This document shows positions 27,048 to 40,737 of a stretch of 64,000 nt of DNA, piece after piece. How positions within the stretch are numbered: the stretch's first letter is position 1; every line of letters starts with the position of its first letter. A program made the translations under genes and the position numbers. Source of the DNA: Eledone cirrhosa (lineage: Eukaryota); contig OZ024745.1 of assembly GCA_964016885.1 (NCBI GenBank), positions 81,158,001-81,222,000 on the forward strand, read 5' to 3'. The notes below the pieces were generated by a model that was given only the letters and a program-made list of their open reading frames with translations, was not told the DNA's origin and did no database searches.

Positions 27048-30000
27048 TATAATGAAGAATGTAAGTCGTTAGATCAGAAGGCATTAAACAGACAAACTCC
27101 ATTACAAGTATGTACTTCATTTATTCTTGCTTCACACTGTGAAAGTCATTTTGCCTGTATTTCCATGTGTGAGATATGACAGGATATGACGTGTCGAAGA
27201 ATCGACGTTTTGATGAGAGCAGATTTATCTGGAGACTGGTCTTCTGTCTTAACTTCCGATCTCTGGTCTAAGTAGTCCAGTTACTTGTATCGCTATGCCG
27301 AAGGTTTTGATTGGCTCAGCCAATTTACTTCCGTAACATTTTCTTCCGCCGAAGGAAAATACATTTAATTACAAAGGATATATATTACTGCTACATCACC
27401 CCCTGCTTAGGCTTAAAGCTGACAGAGAAAAAAGGGTAGCAGTTGCAAGAAAGAAAAAAAAATATATAACAGTAAATATATAATAAACAATATCAATTCA
27501 CAGAAAACTAAATATTCATTTCACAGGAATGTCTGCGTTTTGCTTCAGAGAAAAAGAGGAAAATAAAAAAAAACTGAGCAGCAGAAATAGTCCAAAGTTC
27601 ACATTAATTAATGCATTTAATATAAATACAAGAGAGGACAAGAACTCAAAAAGCTTGCTCTATGTGGTTAGAAAAAGCTATCTCACTTACCGCTTTTCAT
27701 AGGCGCCGCTAAATTCCACTGCTGGTCTCTCCTCTTCCACGTGCGTCCAACTGCTTAACACAGGGAGCTGCCAAAACTCGTGTCCACACCGTTGCTGGTC
27801 CTTCCGGTCGAGCGTCCTTCTGGCCAAGCACACTTCCGGTCGAGCACTCCCCCGCTTCCAGCCACCGCACGCCACACCATACCCACACTCTATATAGCAT
27901 AGTTCATATATATAGAGTCTTGCAAAGCTTTTTGGGCCAATGTACTCGGCGACCACTATGTGTGGTGGTGACATATGTAGGTGTAGGTTGATGCAGAGTA
28001 TATGTAGGGGGAATATGGGGCTCTTGAGTGAGAGTGTCTGTAAAGGCCCGTTTCACCCTATCGATGGATACAGTCTCTTTTTTACCACCAATGTCCAGAG
28101 TGAACAGTTTATCTGTGCGTGCAAGCACATGATAAGGACTGGTATAAAGCGACGTGAGAGGAGCTCTCACAGCATCCTTCCGTAGAAAGGCGTGGGTCCA
28201 CGAAGCAATGTCTTTCGGGACCGAAGACTTTATTGTATGTTGCCGAGGGTTCATAGGCGGAAGATTATCAAAATAAGATCGCAGTCTGTCCACATACAAA
28301 GCTGGATCTGTTTCAGGTAAATCCATTGGAGTCAACATCTGACCCGGCAAAGATATAGGTACTCCGTAAACCAGTTCAGCTGGGGAGTATCCTAGATCCT
28401 CCTTGATAGCTGCACGACAGCCAAGAAGGACAATTGGTACATACTCGCTCCATTGCTGTTGATCCGGATAAGCGCGCAATGCGGCTTTCAATTGGCGGTG
28501 GAAGCGCTCTATCATTCCGTTCGAAGCTGGATGATAGCTAGTCGTTCGGATGCACTTAATTCCCAGGATCCTTGAAAGTTCTCGGAAGAGATGGGACTCA
28601 AACTGTCCACCACGGTCCGTGGTGACAGTGGTTGGAACTCCGTAACACCATATCCAACACCGATACTAGAGCTCGCGCTACAGATTCCGCCGAAATGTCA
28701 CTTAAAGGAATAGCTTCAGGCCAACGTGTGAAGCAATCAATACAGGTCAGGAGATAGGTAAATCCTTGGCTGACTGGCCATGGTCCAACGAGATCTATAT
28801 GGACATGACTGAACCGAGCGTCTGGAGTGCAGAAAGTTCCGAGGGGTGCGCAGATGTGTTTGTGCACCTTTGACTTCTGGCAGGACAAGCAGGAACGTGT
28901 CCAGGCAGTGATGTCACGCCTCATATTCGGCCAGAAGAATCTAGCCAAAATGAGCTTCACTGTGGTCAATATTCCAGAGTGTGCTAGACCGTGCAAGGTC
29001 TCGAAAACTGCACGACGATGAGTCGCTGGAACTAGAGGACGAGGTGAATCCGTCGAGGTGTCACAAATAATCTGTGTGTCCAAAGTGGGCACAGGTTGAT
29101 ATGAAAATTTGCCAGTTGCAAATTCAGGAGACGAAAGATCCAAGGTGTCCAGGGGTGGCTGTTCTGTGGCCATCCGTTGAAGGTCAATATCCGAAGGTGA
29201 TGACAGGGAATTGATTGGGAGGTGAGACAAGACATCTGCCGCCACATTCTGCTCACCGGAGATGTGTCGGATATCGCTGGTAAATTGCAAAATGAAGTCC
29301 AAATGACGAGTTTCGCGAGGTGAATATTTATCCGGCTTAAAACGCAGTGCGAACGTAAGCGGACGATGATCAGTGTAGATCGCAAATTGACGACCCTCCA
29401 GTGAATGCCAAAAGTGTTTCACTGCAGGTACATAGCCAGGAGTTCATGGCCGAACGTGCTATATTGTGTCTCTGCCGGTTTCAGTAATCTCGAGAAGTAC
29501 GCGAGAGGTTGTAGTTGTTGTTGGTGATGCTGTTGCAAAACTGCACCTACAGCTGTGCCCGATGCATCAATGACCAGTGAAAACTGGGCACCAGACACAG
29601 GATGTACAAGTAACAATGTCTCCGCAAGTTTCTGCTTCACTTCGTTGAAGGCTTTTAGCTGACTCGTGTCCAGTGTGATGGATTCATTTTTCCTTTTCCT
29701 GTTATGTAACAGGTCGGATAAAGGAGACAGGAGATCCGCACAGTGTGGGATAAAACGCCTGTAGTAGTTCAGCAGACCAAGGAAATGTCATAGCTGTCGA
29801 AGTGAAGTGGGTGGGTGAAGGTCTTGCAGAGGTTTCACTTTGTCAGGCAGTGGTGAGATTCCCTCAGGGCTGATAACGTGGCCCAAGAAGACAAGTGAAG
29901 ACGCACCGAAAACACATTTCGCCGGGTTGATTCACACCTGATACTGCTGAAACCGCTCAAACAGTAGTTGGAGGTGAGTGACATGTTCCTCGGGTGAGGC

Positions 30001-32247
30001 ACTTTCCACGAGAATGTCATCAATGTAGTTATACACGAAGTCCAAATCGCGCACAACTTCAGCCATGAAACGTTGGAAAGTACTGGCTGCATTTTGCAAA
30101 CCGAAAGGCATAGTCAGAAATTCGAACGCTCCGAAAGGAGTTGTTATGGCAGTTTTAGGTATAATGCTGGGTTCATTGGAATCTGATGGTAAGCCTTGAC
30201 CAAATCCAATTTGGAGAATGTCTTACATCCATGAAGCGAAGACGCGAAATCTTGTATGTGTGGGATCGGGTACCGTCATCGCGTTTAACCGGCGAAAGTC
30301 CCCAGTGGGACGCCAATCACCGGAACGCTTCGGAACCAAATGCAAAGGAGCGGCTCACGGACTTGAGGATGGGCGTATGATCCCCAGCTGTAGCATGTGG
30401 TTAAATTCAGCCTTTGCTGCTTTCAATTTCTCTGCAGGGAGGCGGCGAGGGCGAGAAAATACAGGAGCGCCAGAAGTTTCGATATAATGTTTTGTGGAGG
30501 GAGTAGGCTGGCTCACCACAAAATTCAAATTTGACAATTCCGGGAAGGAATTTAGAAGTGACTGGAAAGGGTCCTCTGAAGCGGCGATGAAGAATACCGG
30601 GCTGATGGATGAGACAGTAGATCTCAAACCCGGAACGGAGGGTTCCGTATTAGCATCCAACAACCGGTGTCTGCACATATCCACTAAGAGGTTATAGTGG
30701 TGCAGAAAATCCGAGCCTAGAATAGGGTAAGGCAAATCAGCGACCGTGAAAACCCATGTGAAGTCTCTTCGCAATTCCAGGTTCAAAGAACGAGAAATTT
30801 GACCATACGTGGAGATAGGAGAATGATTTACGGCTTGCAGAGAAATGGATGAAACTGGCGGCTTCTCTTTGAGAAGTTTTAGCGGCCATATGCTGCAAGC
30901 AGCGCCTGTATCCACTAGACATCAAGCTTGGGAAAACGTGTCAGTTATAAAGAACGCACGATTATTTGGGAGCGTCAGAGGAGACTGTGCCGTGCTCAGT
31001 ATTGTTTACAAGAGCGTGACGCCGCGCCAAAACGGCTGTGGTAGTAGCACAGTCCTGGCTTGCTTGTGTGGGGATGGCGTGGCGAGGACGAACGGCTCTG
31101 GAAGCGACGTCTGGGCGATTGAGCCCTGGAGGTACTCAATTTTCTCACCTCTTTGGTGAGTTGCTCTAGGCTTGAAGTATTGCCACAGACGCAAGTGAGT
31201 GATCGGTGTGGATGGCAGCTGCTGGGGAGAACGAAGAGACCACAGCCAGTGGCTGAGGTGCAACGTAGGAGGCAGGGTTTCCAGTGAAACTTATAATTTT
31301 GTCGGCTGAAGCCGCTAGCTGGTCGACTGTGGTAGTCTCCATCATAGGCGCTAAAATCGCCTGAACACCGGGCGGCAGAGAGGAAAATGTTAAGAATAAA
31401 AAAAAATTTTTTCTTATATTTTTCAGAAAGGCGTTGCCTTTAAATCAAATTGGCTGGCAAACAAATGCAGATGACGTATAATGGCCATTCGTAACGCTTC
31501 GGAATACAGGCAAATTTTTGAAGATTGCGTCACCCAATCAGAATCCAGGAGGATTTATGTGCAAAATACAAATCTTGAGACGCAGTGAAAAAAAAAAAAA
31601 TTATAACGCACGATGGAATAATTTACCGATAATTTTTTTTTTTTTTTTTGTTGTTAATAATGCATTTCAATGTAATACATGTTGATACAAAATGTGTTTG
31701 TGCATGCAGGCAAATGATAAATATAATGATAATGAAATAATTGTTCTAAACAATAAAACGTTCAGTTTTTTTCTTCTTTGTGACAGCGTTCTTTCTTTCT
31801 TTTATATTTGTTGTACAAAAATGCTTGTTTGTTTCTTGTCGGTTTGCAAATATGATTTGTTGCGTGTTCGTTCAAGTCGAAGGTCACCATTTATAATGAA
31901 GAATGTAAGTCGTGAGATCAGAAGGCATTAAATAGACAAACTCCATTACAAGTATGTACTTCATTTATTCTTGCTTCACACTGTGAAAGTCATTTTGCCT
32001 GTATTTCCATGTGTGAGATACGACAGGATATGGCGTATCGAAGAATCAACGTTTTGACGATAACAGATTTATCTGGAGACTGGTCTTCTGTCTTAACTTC
32101 TGTTCTCTGGTCTAAGTAGTCCAGTTACTTGTATCGCTACGCCGAAGGTTTTGATTGGCTCACACTTCAGCCAATTTACTTCCGTAATATTTTTCTTCTG
32201 CCGAAGGAAAATACATTTAATTACAAAGGATATATATTACTGCTCCA
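27048..32247 (-). mobile_element. Ty3/gypsy LTR retrotransposon (CsRn1 clade), decayed; LTRs 32247-31892 and 27395-27048
   Basis: Perfect TSD GAAG (27044-47 / 32248-51); PBS TGGTGACC at 31889; PPT AGCAGGGGGTGA. Fragmented PR-RT-RH-IN ORFs span 30915-27904. It splits an RTE 3' relic (26830-27047 + 32248-32375). Confidence 0.95.
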
Positions 32248-32791
32248 GAAGTACCATGAAATCCCAGTGGAAGGAAGTTGCAGGGAGAGCTGATCTTAAA
32301 TTGCTGGAGTTCACAGAAGAGATGGCGAAGAACTGTGTGGAGGGATGCTGTGTTGGAAAACACTTGTTGTGAGATTCAGCTTCCTAAGGTTGGTCTTCAC
32401 TATTTCACACCATTTTCCCCGAGCGTACCTCTTCCACAACTCCCATCCATTGAGATTTCTCTGCACTTCTTTATACAGTTGTCCTGTTCCATATGCATCA
32501 CATGCCCATACCAGTACAGTTTTCTCTCTTACACCCAACATCAGGTTGTAATGTGTAATGTTAGTATGCATGAATAACAGCATAAGCTGAGAGAAAATCT
32601 CTGTATAAAGGGAGTCACTTATTACATATGGCAAGAGTATAAGAAGTCTACATGCTTAGTTACATGTGAATAAACTCACATGTGGTATATTGTGAAAATT
32701 TAAGAAGTCTACATGTTTGTTTACATATGAATAGACTCACATATAATACATTGTAGAAATTCACTCTAGAGAGACTTAGCATAGAACTTAC

Positions 32792-32966
32792 CTTTGCCAT
32801 TCCATAGAGAATGTCGAAGTCACGAAGAAGATGATAAACAAGTTCATTACGGGTGACAATTTCCACTTTATTTAAAGTAAATTTACGATTTTCATCAGGA
32901 GGATTAATTAGACCATTTCCAGCACCAAAGAGTGTGTTGCATGCCATCTCTATATACAACACATGT
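32792..32966 (-). CDS. MAN2C1: MAN2C1 coding exon 5
   Basis: HVLYIEMACNTLFGAGNGLINPPDENRKFTLNKVEIVTRNELVYHLLRDFDILYGMAK (YxExACNxxFGAG motif); 175 nt, phase 2-0. Confidence 0.94.
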
Positions 32967-33879
32967 CTGAGGAGATGAGAGAAATATAGCAAAGGAATAG
33001 TAAATATATAGGTAACATTTGTGATTTGGATTGGCAGTATCAGTAAAGCATTAGACAACATGCTTTGCGGCATATAGTTACAGCCCTTTACATTCTGAGT
33101 TCAAATCCCACGGAGGTTAGTTTTGCCTTTCATCCTTACGAGGTCAATAAAATAAAGTACCAGTAATACACTGGGATTGATTTAATTGACTTTCTCCTTC
33201 TCTTTAAATTGCTGGCCTTGTGCCAAAAATAGAAACGGTTATGATTATATTTCAATTTAGGACAAAAACCAAAGTTGACCTCAGCTGGATTTGAACTCAA
33301 AATACAAATAGCAAAAACAAACGCCAATGCTCTTATGATTCTGCCAATCTACTGCAATTGTAATCTAAGCTATAATAAAGTAAGGAGTGCAGGACTGTAC
33401 GGTTTATAATTTTTTATCCCATTAGTAAAATAAGTTGGGATTACTTTGAATAAATAACGAGTGAATATTAAATAATTTAGCTCCTAAATTTTGTGGCTGT
33501 TGATTAAATATATTTTATTATTTATTTAAAGATTTTTTAAATAAATAATAAAATATATATTTCTTGCTTACTGGTACTTTATTTTATCGACCTAGTAAGG
33601 ATGAAAGGCAAAACTAACCTCAGCGGGATTTAAACTCAGATCGTAAAGGGCTGCAACTCTATGCCAAATAATAATAATAATTGTTTCTACGTTAGGCACA
33701 AGGCCAGCAATTACCCAGTGTATTACTGGTACTTTATTTTATTGACCCCGTAAGGATGAAAGGCAAAGTTAACCTCGGCGGGATTTGAACTCAGAATGGC
33801 AAGGGCCGTAACTATGCGTCAAAGCATGGCGTCCGACCCTCTACCAATACTGCCAAATAATAATATATATAATGTGGAA

Positions 33880-34630
33880 ATCGATATATGTAAAAAGGCT
33901 AAAACAAGGCAAAATGGACGGTAAGATGAATGCAATGAAAAAGTTAGTTACATGGTAATCTTTGTTTTTTGTTTTCGTTTTTCATCCTAATATTTCGGGA
34001 CTTAAGTTTCTATTCGTCAGATTATAGGGAACTCTCAGAGAAAAACGTTCCGGTCTATTTACTTTGAAATTAGATTTAAATTTTAAATTTATAAACCGCT
34101 TTCAAGTGTTGTTTGATGTTTGTTGTAGTATACCTGAGAAGCAGATTCCATGAATTCGCATTCATTTGATTCCATGAGATTGTACAATTACCAGATGTAC
34201 AATTTCATGGAATCAAATTTCTTATGTAAATTGTGTTTAGGTTGTGTGTGTGTGTGTGCATATGGGTGTGTCCTTTTATGTCAAGTATTGTGTGCTAAGT
34301 TCCATTCTGTTTTTAATTTGTGAGATGAGTCTACGTATAAGCAAGGCTTCCTTTATTCTTAAATTGCCCACATTTATCTCTCTGGCTTCAATATTGACTG
34401 CTATGTTTTTGTTGGTGTTTCTGAATTTGTCTGTGTTTTATGAATGAGGATGCATGTGTGTCGAGGTGTTCTTTAATGCATATGTAGAATAGTCAATGCA
34501 AACTAAATACAATTTACACAAGAAATTTGATTCTATGAGATAATACATATGGCAATTGACATCATCCTCCTGCTTCTCATGAATACTACAACAAACATCA
34601 AACAACGCTTGAAGGTGGTTTATAAATTTT
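33880..34630 (-). mobile_element. Penelope-like element relic (GIY-YIG C-terminus, degenerate HHR, inverted partial terminal repeat)
   Basis: LRIKEALLIR-type endonuclease tail; 34500-34630 is an inverted copy of ~34085-34240; CTGACGA...GAAA core at 34020-33993. Confidence 0.65.
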
Positions 34631-34849
34631 ATATAATAATTGTTTCTACATTTGGCACAAGGCCAGAAATTACCCAGTACATTCCTGGTACTTTATTTTA
34701 TCGACCCCATAAGGATAAAAGGCAAAGTTAACCTCGACGGGATTTGAGCTCAGACCGTAAAGGGACGTAACTATGCTAAAAAGCATGGCATCCAACCCTC
34801 TACTGGTACTACCATTATATAATAATAATAACTGAGAAAATGCACCAGA

Positions 34850-35985
34850 AAGCTACTGATAACTGAAAAATGCACCAAAATGCCATTGAAAACTGAGAAA
34901 ATGCAACACCCTAAAGCCGATGTACATAGACTGTATATCTCAAGGAGTGAAGGCAGACAAGGGCTTCTACAACTGGAAGCTGCATACAAAACTGCAACCA
35001 TTGGATTGGATAACTACCTTCATTACAGTCAAGATGAACTTCTCAAGCTTGTACTCAAATATGAATGGAATAAATACTACAATCAATAACAAAAGAAGCA
35101 AGCAAATTTAGACAAATGAAGATCAAAGAAAAGAAACTTCAAACAAAGGAACTAAACTGTGAATGGAAGGCAAACCATGACATGGTAGATTCCCAGAATG
35201 TCTTTCTGACAATAATATTGATCAGTATAGGACACTAGCCTGGCTCAGACGTGCAGAGACTGGTGGACTCTTAGTTGCTGCACAAGACCAATCTTTAAAC
35301 ACTTGGGCCTATAGACACAGAATAGAGAAAGATGAAACTATGCAGAGTATGCACTAAATACAAAGAAACGATAGACCATGTTATCTCCAGGTGTTCAAAC
35401 CTGGCAAAAACATTATATATTAAGACACAACTACATTGCCAAATATGTGCACTGGAAGCTCTGCCAATCTCATTACGTCTAAACCTCCGACAAATAGTAT
35501 GAACATCAACCAAAAATAGTTATGGAAAATGACAATATATCTATTCTATGGGATATGCCTTTTGATAACTGAGAAATTGCTGCCAACAGACTAGATATCA
35601 TAATAAAAAACAAAACAGATTGGACATGTAGCCTAATAGATATTGCTGCACAGCTGACAAGAATACATTTTTAAAAACAATGGAAAAACTGTCAAAGTAA
35701 AAAGACCTAGAAATAGAGATCAACCACATGTGTAGAATAACCACAAACGCTAGCTCAGTGGTAATAGCAGCACTAGGTTTAATACCAAAATTATCAGACC
35801 TACACTTTGGCGTCCTTCCCTGCAAATATGAGTAACAGAGGATTGGGCTTCAAGGAACAACACACATTCTCAGATGAGCTCTCTCTACAATGAAAATTTC
35901 TCTTGCCCTAGGTTCAAAGCCTGAACAGGGCAACAGAGAAACATAACAGAACCAAATAAAACAATCCAATAGTAATAATAATAAT
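34850..35985 (+). mobile_element. R4/Dong-type LINE relic inserted in (TAA)n
   Basis: HPKADVHRLYISRSEGRQGL, KP.HGRF, AAQDQSL, ILWD, RLDI (PD-D motif); TAA runs at both ends. Confidence 0.8.
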
Positions 35986-36568
35986 CATCTTGACAAGCTG
36001 TTTACATTGATTGTCATGACTCTCCTTCTCCACCCAGCTTTGTCCTCCAGATTGTACTCAACATCCTCACATAGCTGTTTGATGCAGGTTCTGTGAGGTC
36101 TGCCCATGTTGAGATGGCCATGCCTTAGTGTCCACAACAACACACTGTTGTTAGAAAGGGGGCTGAAATACCTCACTATGCTTGCAGTGCTGCTGATTTG
36201 AAAACACAATATTCATCTTGAGGTGGAATTTACAAAACTCTAGCATTAACTACCTTTGCTCAACAAGGCAAATCAATTAGTGATACGATATTGGAAATAT
36301 TCTCTGGACAAGAATAGTTATTGAAAGGGAGAGATAGTGGAAAAGAGAACGGCTTTGCTGAGACTAGCTCCCTATATGGAAATGATAATTGTAGTCATAA
36401 TAATAGTTTCTAATATAGACACAAGGCCAGCAATTTTAGGGGAGGGGAAAGTCGAATATATCGAATATATCGACCCCAGTATTTTATTTTATTAACCCCG
36501 GAAAGATGAAAGGCAAAATTCATCCTGCCAAAGTCATATTTGTGTAAAATGGAAAGTAGGAATCTTAC

Positions 36569-36636
36569 TGAAGGTTGTCCTTTGTAGCTTGGCTGGTTAT
36601 TAAATATTCAATCCGGTTGTGTTCATCACTGAGTCC
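36569..36636 (-). CDS. MAN2C1: MAN2C1 coding exon 4
   Basis: GLSDEHNRIEYLITSQATKDNL; cag/gtaag flanks; 68 nt, phase 0-2 fits both neighbours. Confidence 0.85.
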
Positions 36637-37341
36637 CTGGCAAACAAATATTTATCACATTAAGAAATACTACAAATCACTTGTCTGACGCACTAACAAT
36701 TCGACCCTGTAAGGATGAAAGGCAAAGTCAACCTCGGCGGGATTTGAACTGAGATCGTTAAGGGACGTAACTATGCTAGAAAGCATGGCGTCCGACCCTC
36801 TACCGATACTGCCAACCCACCGCCTTTGAATTCATAATGCAAAGCATTTTGTACAACTTGCTAACAATTCTGCCAATTATAATAATTGTTTCTACATTTG
36901 GCACAAGGCCAGAAATTTGAGGAGAAGGGTAAAGTTGATTAAATGAACCCTGGTGCTTTATTTTATCAACCCTTAAGAATGAAAGGCAAAGCTAATCTTG
37001 GTGGGATTTGAACTCAGAATGTGAAGGACCATTATGATAGGCTGCAAAGGATGTTGTTCAATGCTCTACCGATGCTGCCAATGATATAATTGTTTCTACT
37101 TTTGGCACAAGGCCAGAAATTATCCCAGTGTATTACTGGTGCTTTATTTTATAGACCCCATAAGGATGAAAGGCAAAGTTAATCTAGTTGGGATTTGAAC
37201 TCAGACCATAAAGGGCCGTAACTCTTTGCTGCAAAGCATGGCGTCAGACCCTCTCCCGATACTGCCAATCCACCACCCTATATGATAATAATAATAAATT
37301 ACAAATGAAAACAATATATGTAATTAGTACTTAATAATTAC

Positions 37342-37465
37342 CTGCATTGGATGTTTATTGTGCCAAACCATGGCTTCAGATTCTGATCTCCATAATAAGT
37401 AGACAGCCTCATTAACCCAAGTATCAGGAATGGTAATAGTTAGACGAAACCAATGAGTAGACCAA
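37342..37465 (-). CDS. MAN2C1: MAN2C1 coding exon 3
   Basis: WSTHWFRLTITIPDTWVNEAVYLLWRSESEAMVWHNKHPMQ; AG/GT flanks; 124 nt, phase 2-0. Confidence 0.93.
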
Positions 37466-37619
37466 CTGAAATGGAGCAAGAGATAGTAACATCTAATTAG
37501 AGATTTGGTTTAGATGTGGGAAAGAAAGAAAAGCTGGTAGAAGCTGTTCAGGATATGATTTGAAGAGTCAGGAAGAGTTGCATATTTTGAAGTTGCTGAG
37601 GACAATTATTTCAAATAAT

Positions 37620-37809
37620 TGTTTCTACTTTTAGCACAAGGCCAGCAATTATTCCAGTGCATTACTGGTACTTTATTTTATCGACCCCGTAAGGATGAAA
37701 GGCAAAGTTAACCTCCGCGGGATTTGAACTCAGATCATAAAGGGACGTAACTCTATGCTTCAAAGCATGGTGTCCGACTCTCTACTGATACTGCCAATTC
37801 ACCGCCCTT
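37620..37809 (-). mobile_element. tRNA-derived SINE (MetaSINE-like body), full-length copy with TSD
   Basis: 15-bp TSD ATTATTTCAAATAAT (37605-19 / 37810-24); B-box GAGTTCAAATCC; body GCCTTTCATCCTTACGGGGTCGATAAAATAAAGTACCAG. Other copies lie near 19140, 23280(+), 33030(+), 33570-33860, 34640, 36410, 36700, 36890, 37090, 44260(+), 50748(+) and 61765-62485 (three in tandem). Confidence 0.85.
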
Positions 37810-38446
37810 ATTATTTCAAATAATGAAGAATATTTACTATATGTTTGGTCTAAACCGACAACCCAACCAAGCTTGCTTGGTGTGGAAGGTGATTTTTCGA
37901 CACCATGTGTGATGAAAAACAAAAACCTGTCTTGGGGCAAAGGAAATCAGGAGAGCCAATGGCTATCCAATAGTGTGTAAAAAAAAGAAATGAGTAAACA
38001 GAGCTCGTTAGCCTTGGGTGGCAGTCTGTCTAGAAGGATCACTGTTTTCAAAACTGGAGTAGATGAGACTCCTTAGTCACCTTGGTGACAACCGTTCAAG
38101 TGGCCAAAGGCTTCATCCTTGTGATGGAGGTTGATGAGCAATAGATTGGTAGCCAACTTCTGAGTAATGTTCAAATGAAGATTCACGACCAGCGATGTCA
38201 CTTTTATCTTGATGAGAATCATGGACATACAGCATTATATAGATAAGTATTGGTACAAATGACCATAGTCGCTGACCTTCAGCAATGAGAATTGGAACGG
38301 ACAAAGACTATAACAGAACACTAAGCCAGTCTGAAGAAGCCGTTAACTATTGTACCAAAATTTATCAAAGTTCTGAAGAATAATTAGCAATTCTCCAACT
38401 AAATAAAAAAAATTTAAATATTGAAGAGAAGTTGCTTATAACTTTA

Positions 38447-38625
38447 CCCTTTAGCATTCACATAACTTTACATTTACTATTATATTTTGACAGTAAACAT
38501 TTTACCTCACATAATATTGAATCTACGAGATTTTGATATTCATTTTGAGAACAATACCTTAACATAAGTATGAGCAGCCGGTTACGGCCTGTTTGAACAG
38601 AAAGAGGTGAGAGAATTCTAAAGGG
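38447..38625. mobile_element. piggyBac-type MITE (same family as 60780-60987, opposite orientation)
   Basis: CCCTTTAGCATTC ... GAATTCTAAAGGG-TTAA ends; internal sequence aligns with the other copy. Confidence 0.75.
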
Positions 38626-38869
38626 TTAAACTGTCATAAAAATCTAAAAGTTCAACAATATATATATATATATAGGTCCACTTTTACTCAATCGATTTAT
38701 ATTCCACTTGTTTACCCCATCACGTAAGTCAGAGGTCATCCATACCAAGCATGTAATATATTTCAACTTCAAAGTTCTTTTCTACCATATAAATTTTCCA
38801 ATCTCCATAATAAATAATCGTATTGTATGAATGGGTATTGAATTATGTAAGTATATATATGTGTGTGTA

Positions 38870-39387
38870 TGTAGTGACCACTGTAATACAGTAGTAGTGT
38901 AACCACTGTAATACAGTAGTGACCACTGTAATACAGTAGTGACCACTGTAATACAGTAGTAGTGACCACTGTAATACAGTAGTGACCACTGTAATACAGT
39001 AGTGACCACTGTAATACAATAGTAGTGACCACTGTAATACAGTAGTGACCACTGTAATACAGTAGTGTGACCACTGTAATACAGTAGTGTGACCACTGTA
39101 ATACAGTAGTGTGACCACTGTAATACAGTAGTAGTGTAACCACTGTAATACAGTAGTGACCACTGTAATACAGTAGTAGTGACCACTGTAATACAGTAGT
39201 AGTGACCACTGTAATACAGTAGTGACCTCTGTAATACAGTAGTGACCACTGTAATACAATAGTAGTGACCACTGTAATACAGGAGTAGTGACCACTGTAA
39301 TACAGTAGTGACCACTGTAATACAGTAGTGACCACTGTAATACAGTAGTGTGACCACTGTAATACAGTAGTAGTGACCACTGTAATA
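38870..39387. repeat. Minisatellite GTAGTGACCACTGTAATACA (20-25 bp units)
   Basis: Directly visible; starts about 60 nt into MAN2C1 intron 2. Confidence 0.97.
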
Positions 39388-39445
39388 TAGAGTATGGATT
39401 GAGGGATTGCGAGATTTAGGAATAAAAAATATATTTATAACTTAC

Positions 39446-39571
39446 ACTGGTCCAAAACTTTCTCCTACATTGACTGGCTCATAATTTCCCTCCATGGCAT
39501 CATCCACTTTAATTCGTTCTGGGGCTGCAAAGTGAGATATGTCATGCACAGCTGCTGTGTCTGGGTAAAGC
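39446..39571 (-). CDS. MAN2C1: MAN2C1 coding exon 2
   Basis: LYPDTAAVHDISHFAAPERIKVDDAMEGNYEPVNVGESFGP; AG/GT flanks; 126 nt, phase 2-2. Confidence 0.92.
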
Positions 39572-40737
39572 CTACAAGATATTTTATTTATTTAATCAAT
39601 AATATAGAGTTGGATAGCTGTGACTGACTAGGGGAGGTATTGTGTTCCTCTTTCAGTTAAGAAGCAAAAAGAAGATAGACAGAGAGGTAAAAATAGATAA
39701 GGCCAATGGGAGTCAAAAGACATAGAAAGAAAAAAAAAAAAAAAAAAAGAAGATAAAATATGTTGAAAACAAGGGTTGCTATAAAGCAGCTAAAAATGTC
39801 TGTTGAATATTTTCGTTGCCTCCTTGTACTCAAAGATTTTGTTTATATTTGGTATATCTTTAACAATATATTGAATCTCCAATCTTGGTAGTTTTTTTTA
39901 AATGATCAGCTTTAAGATGTCCTCTCTCTTAAGCTGGTAATGTTTCTGTTGTTGAATCTTTTTATAGTATCCATATACTGAAATGTCTTGTTTATAGTTG
40001 GTAGATCTTTGACGATATATTGTATCTCCAATCTTAGTAGTTTTTTAATGATCAGCTTCAAGGTGTCCTCTCTCTCAGACTGATAGTTTCTACATTGAAA
40101 CAAATAGTACTATAGAGTTTCTGGGAAGTTTCCACACGAACATAGATGGTTCTCTATGACATGTTCATGATAAAATATAGTTCAATAGTATATAGTCTTT
40201 TTTTTATTAACATTGTTCAATATGTTTTAATTGCAAAATATAAAGTTATGGATCCATAGGTTACTGACTGACTCAGGTTTCAGTGTCTTTAAGTATATCA
40301 GAGATAAAGCTTCCTCTGAATAGGAGTTGTAATTGTTTTGTTTACAAATGAGATAACTAGACAAAAGAACACCAGTCCTATGTAGAATAAACTTGGTGGC
40401 AAATGTTGTGTCATCTAGACTCATCTGAGATAAATTCATAAGTAAAACTCTTTCTTACACACAAGTCTTTATATCTCCCATACAACCATATCCATAATTC
40501 CCAAACCCCTAAATGGTTTATGCACAGCTGAGTCACAGCAGTATGAGAACAATAGCACACTGTCATTAACACTTGGTCAACCATCACAACTAACAGGGAA
40601 GCTTTTACACACAACTAAAGTACTTACAACATTATCATAAGAAATCAAAAGATACATTGGGCAACACAGACAGCAAGCATTTCCACCTCTTGGACCCTTA
40701 ATAGGGAGTTCTTATGTGGAATTTAAGAGAGTCTTAC

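Noticed and set aside
38769-39380. Three overlapping ORFs and a CRISPR-like look
   Set aside because: Pure tandem minisatellite with no unique spacers; eukaryotic context with no cas genes.
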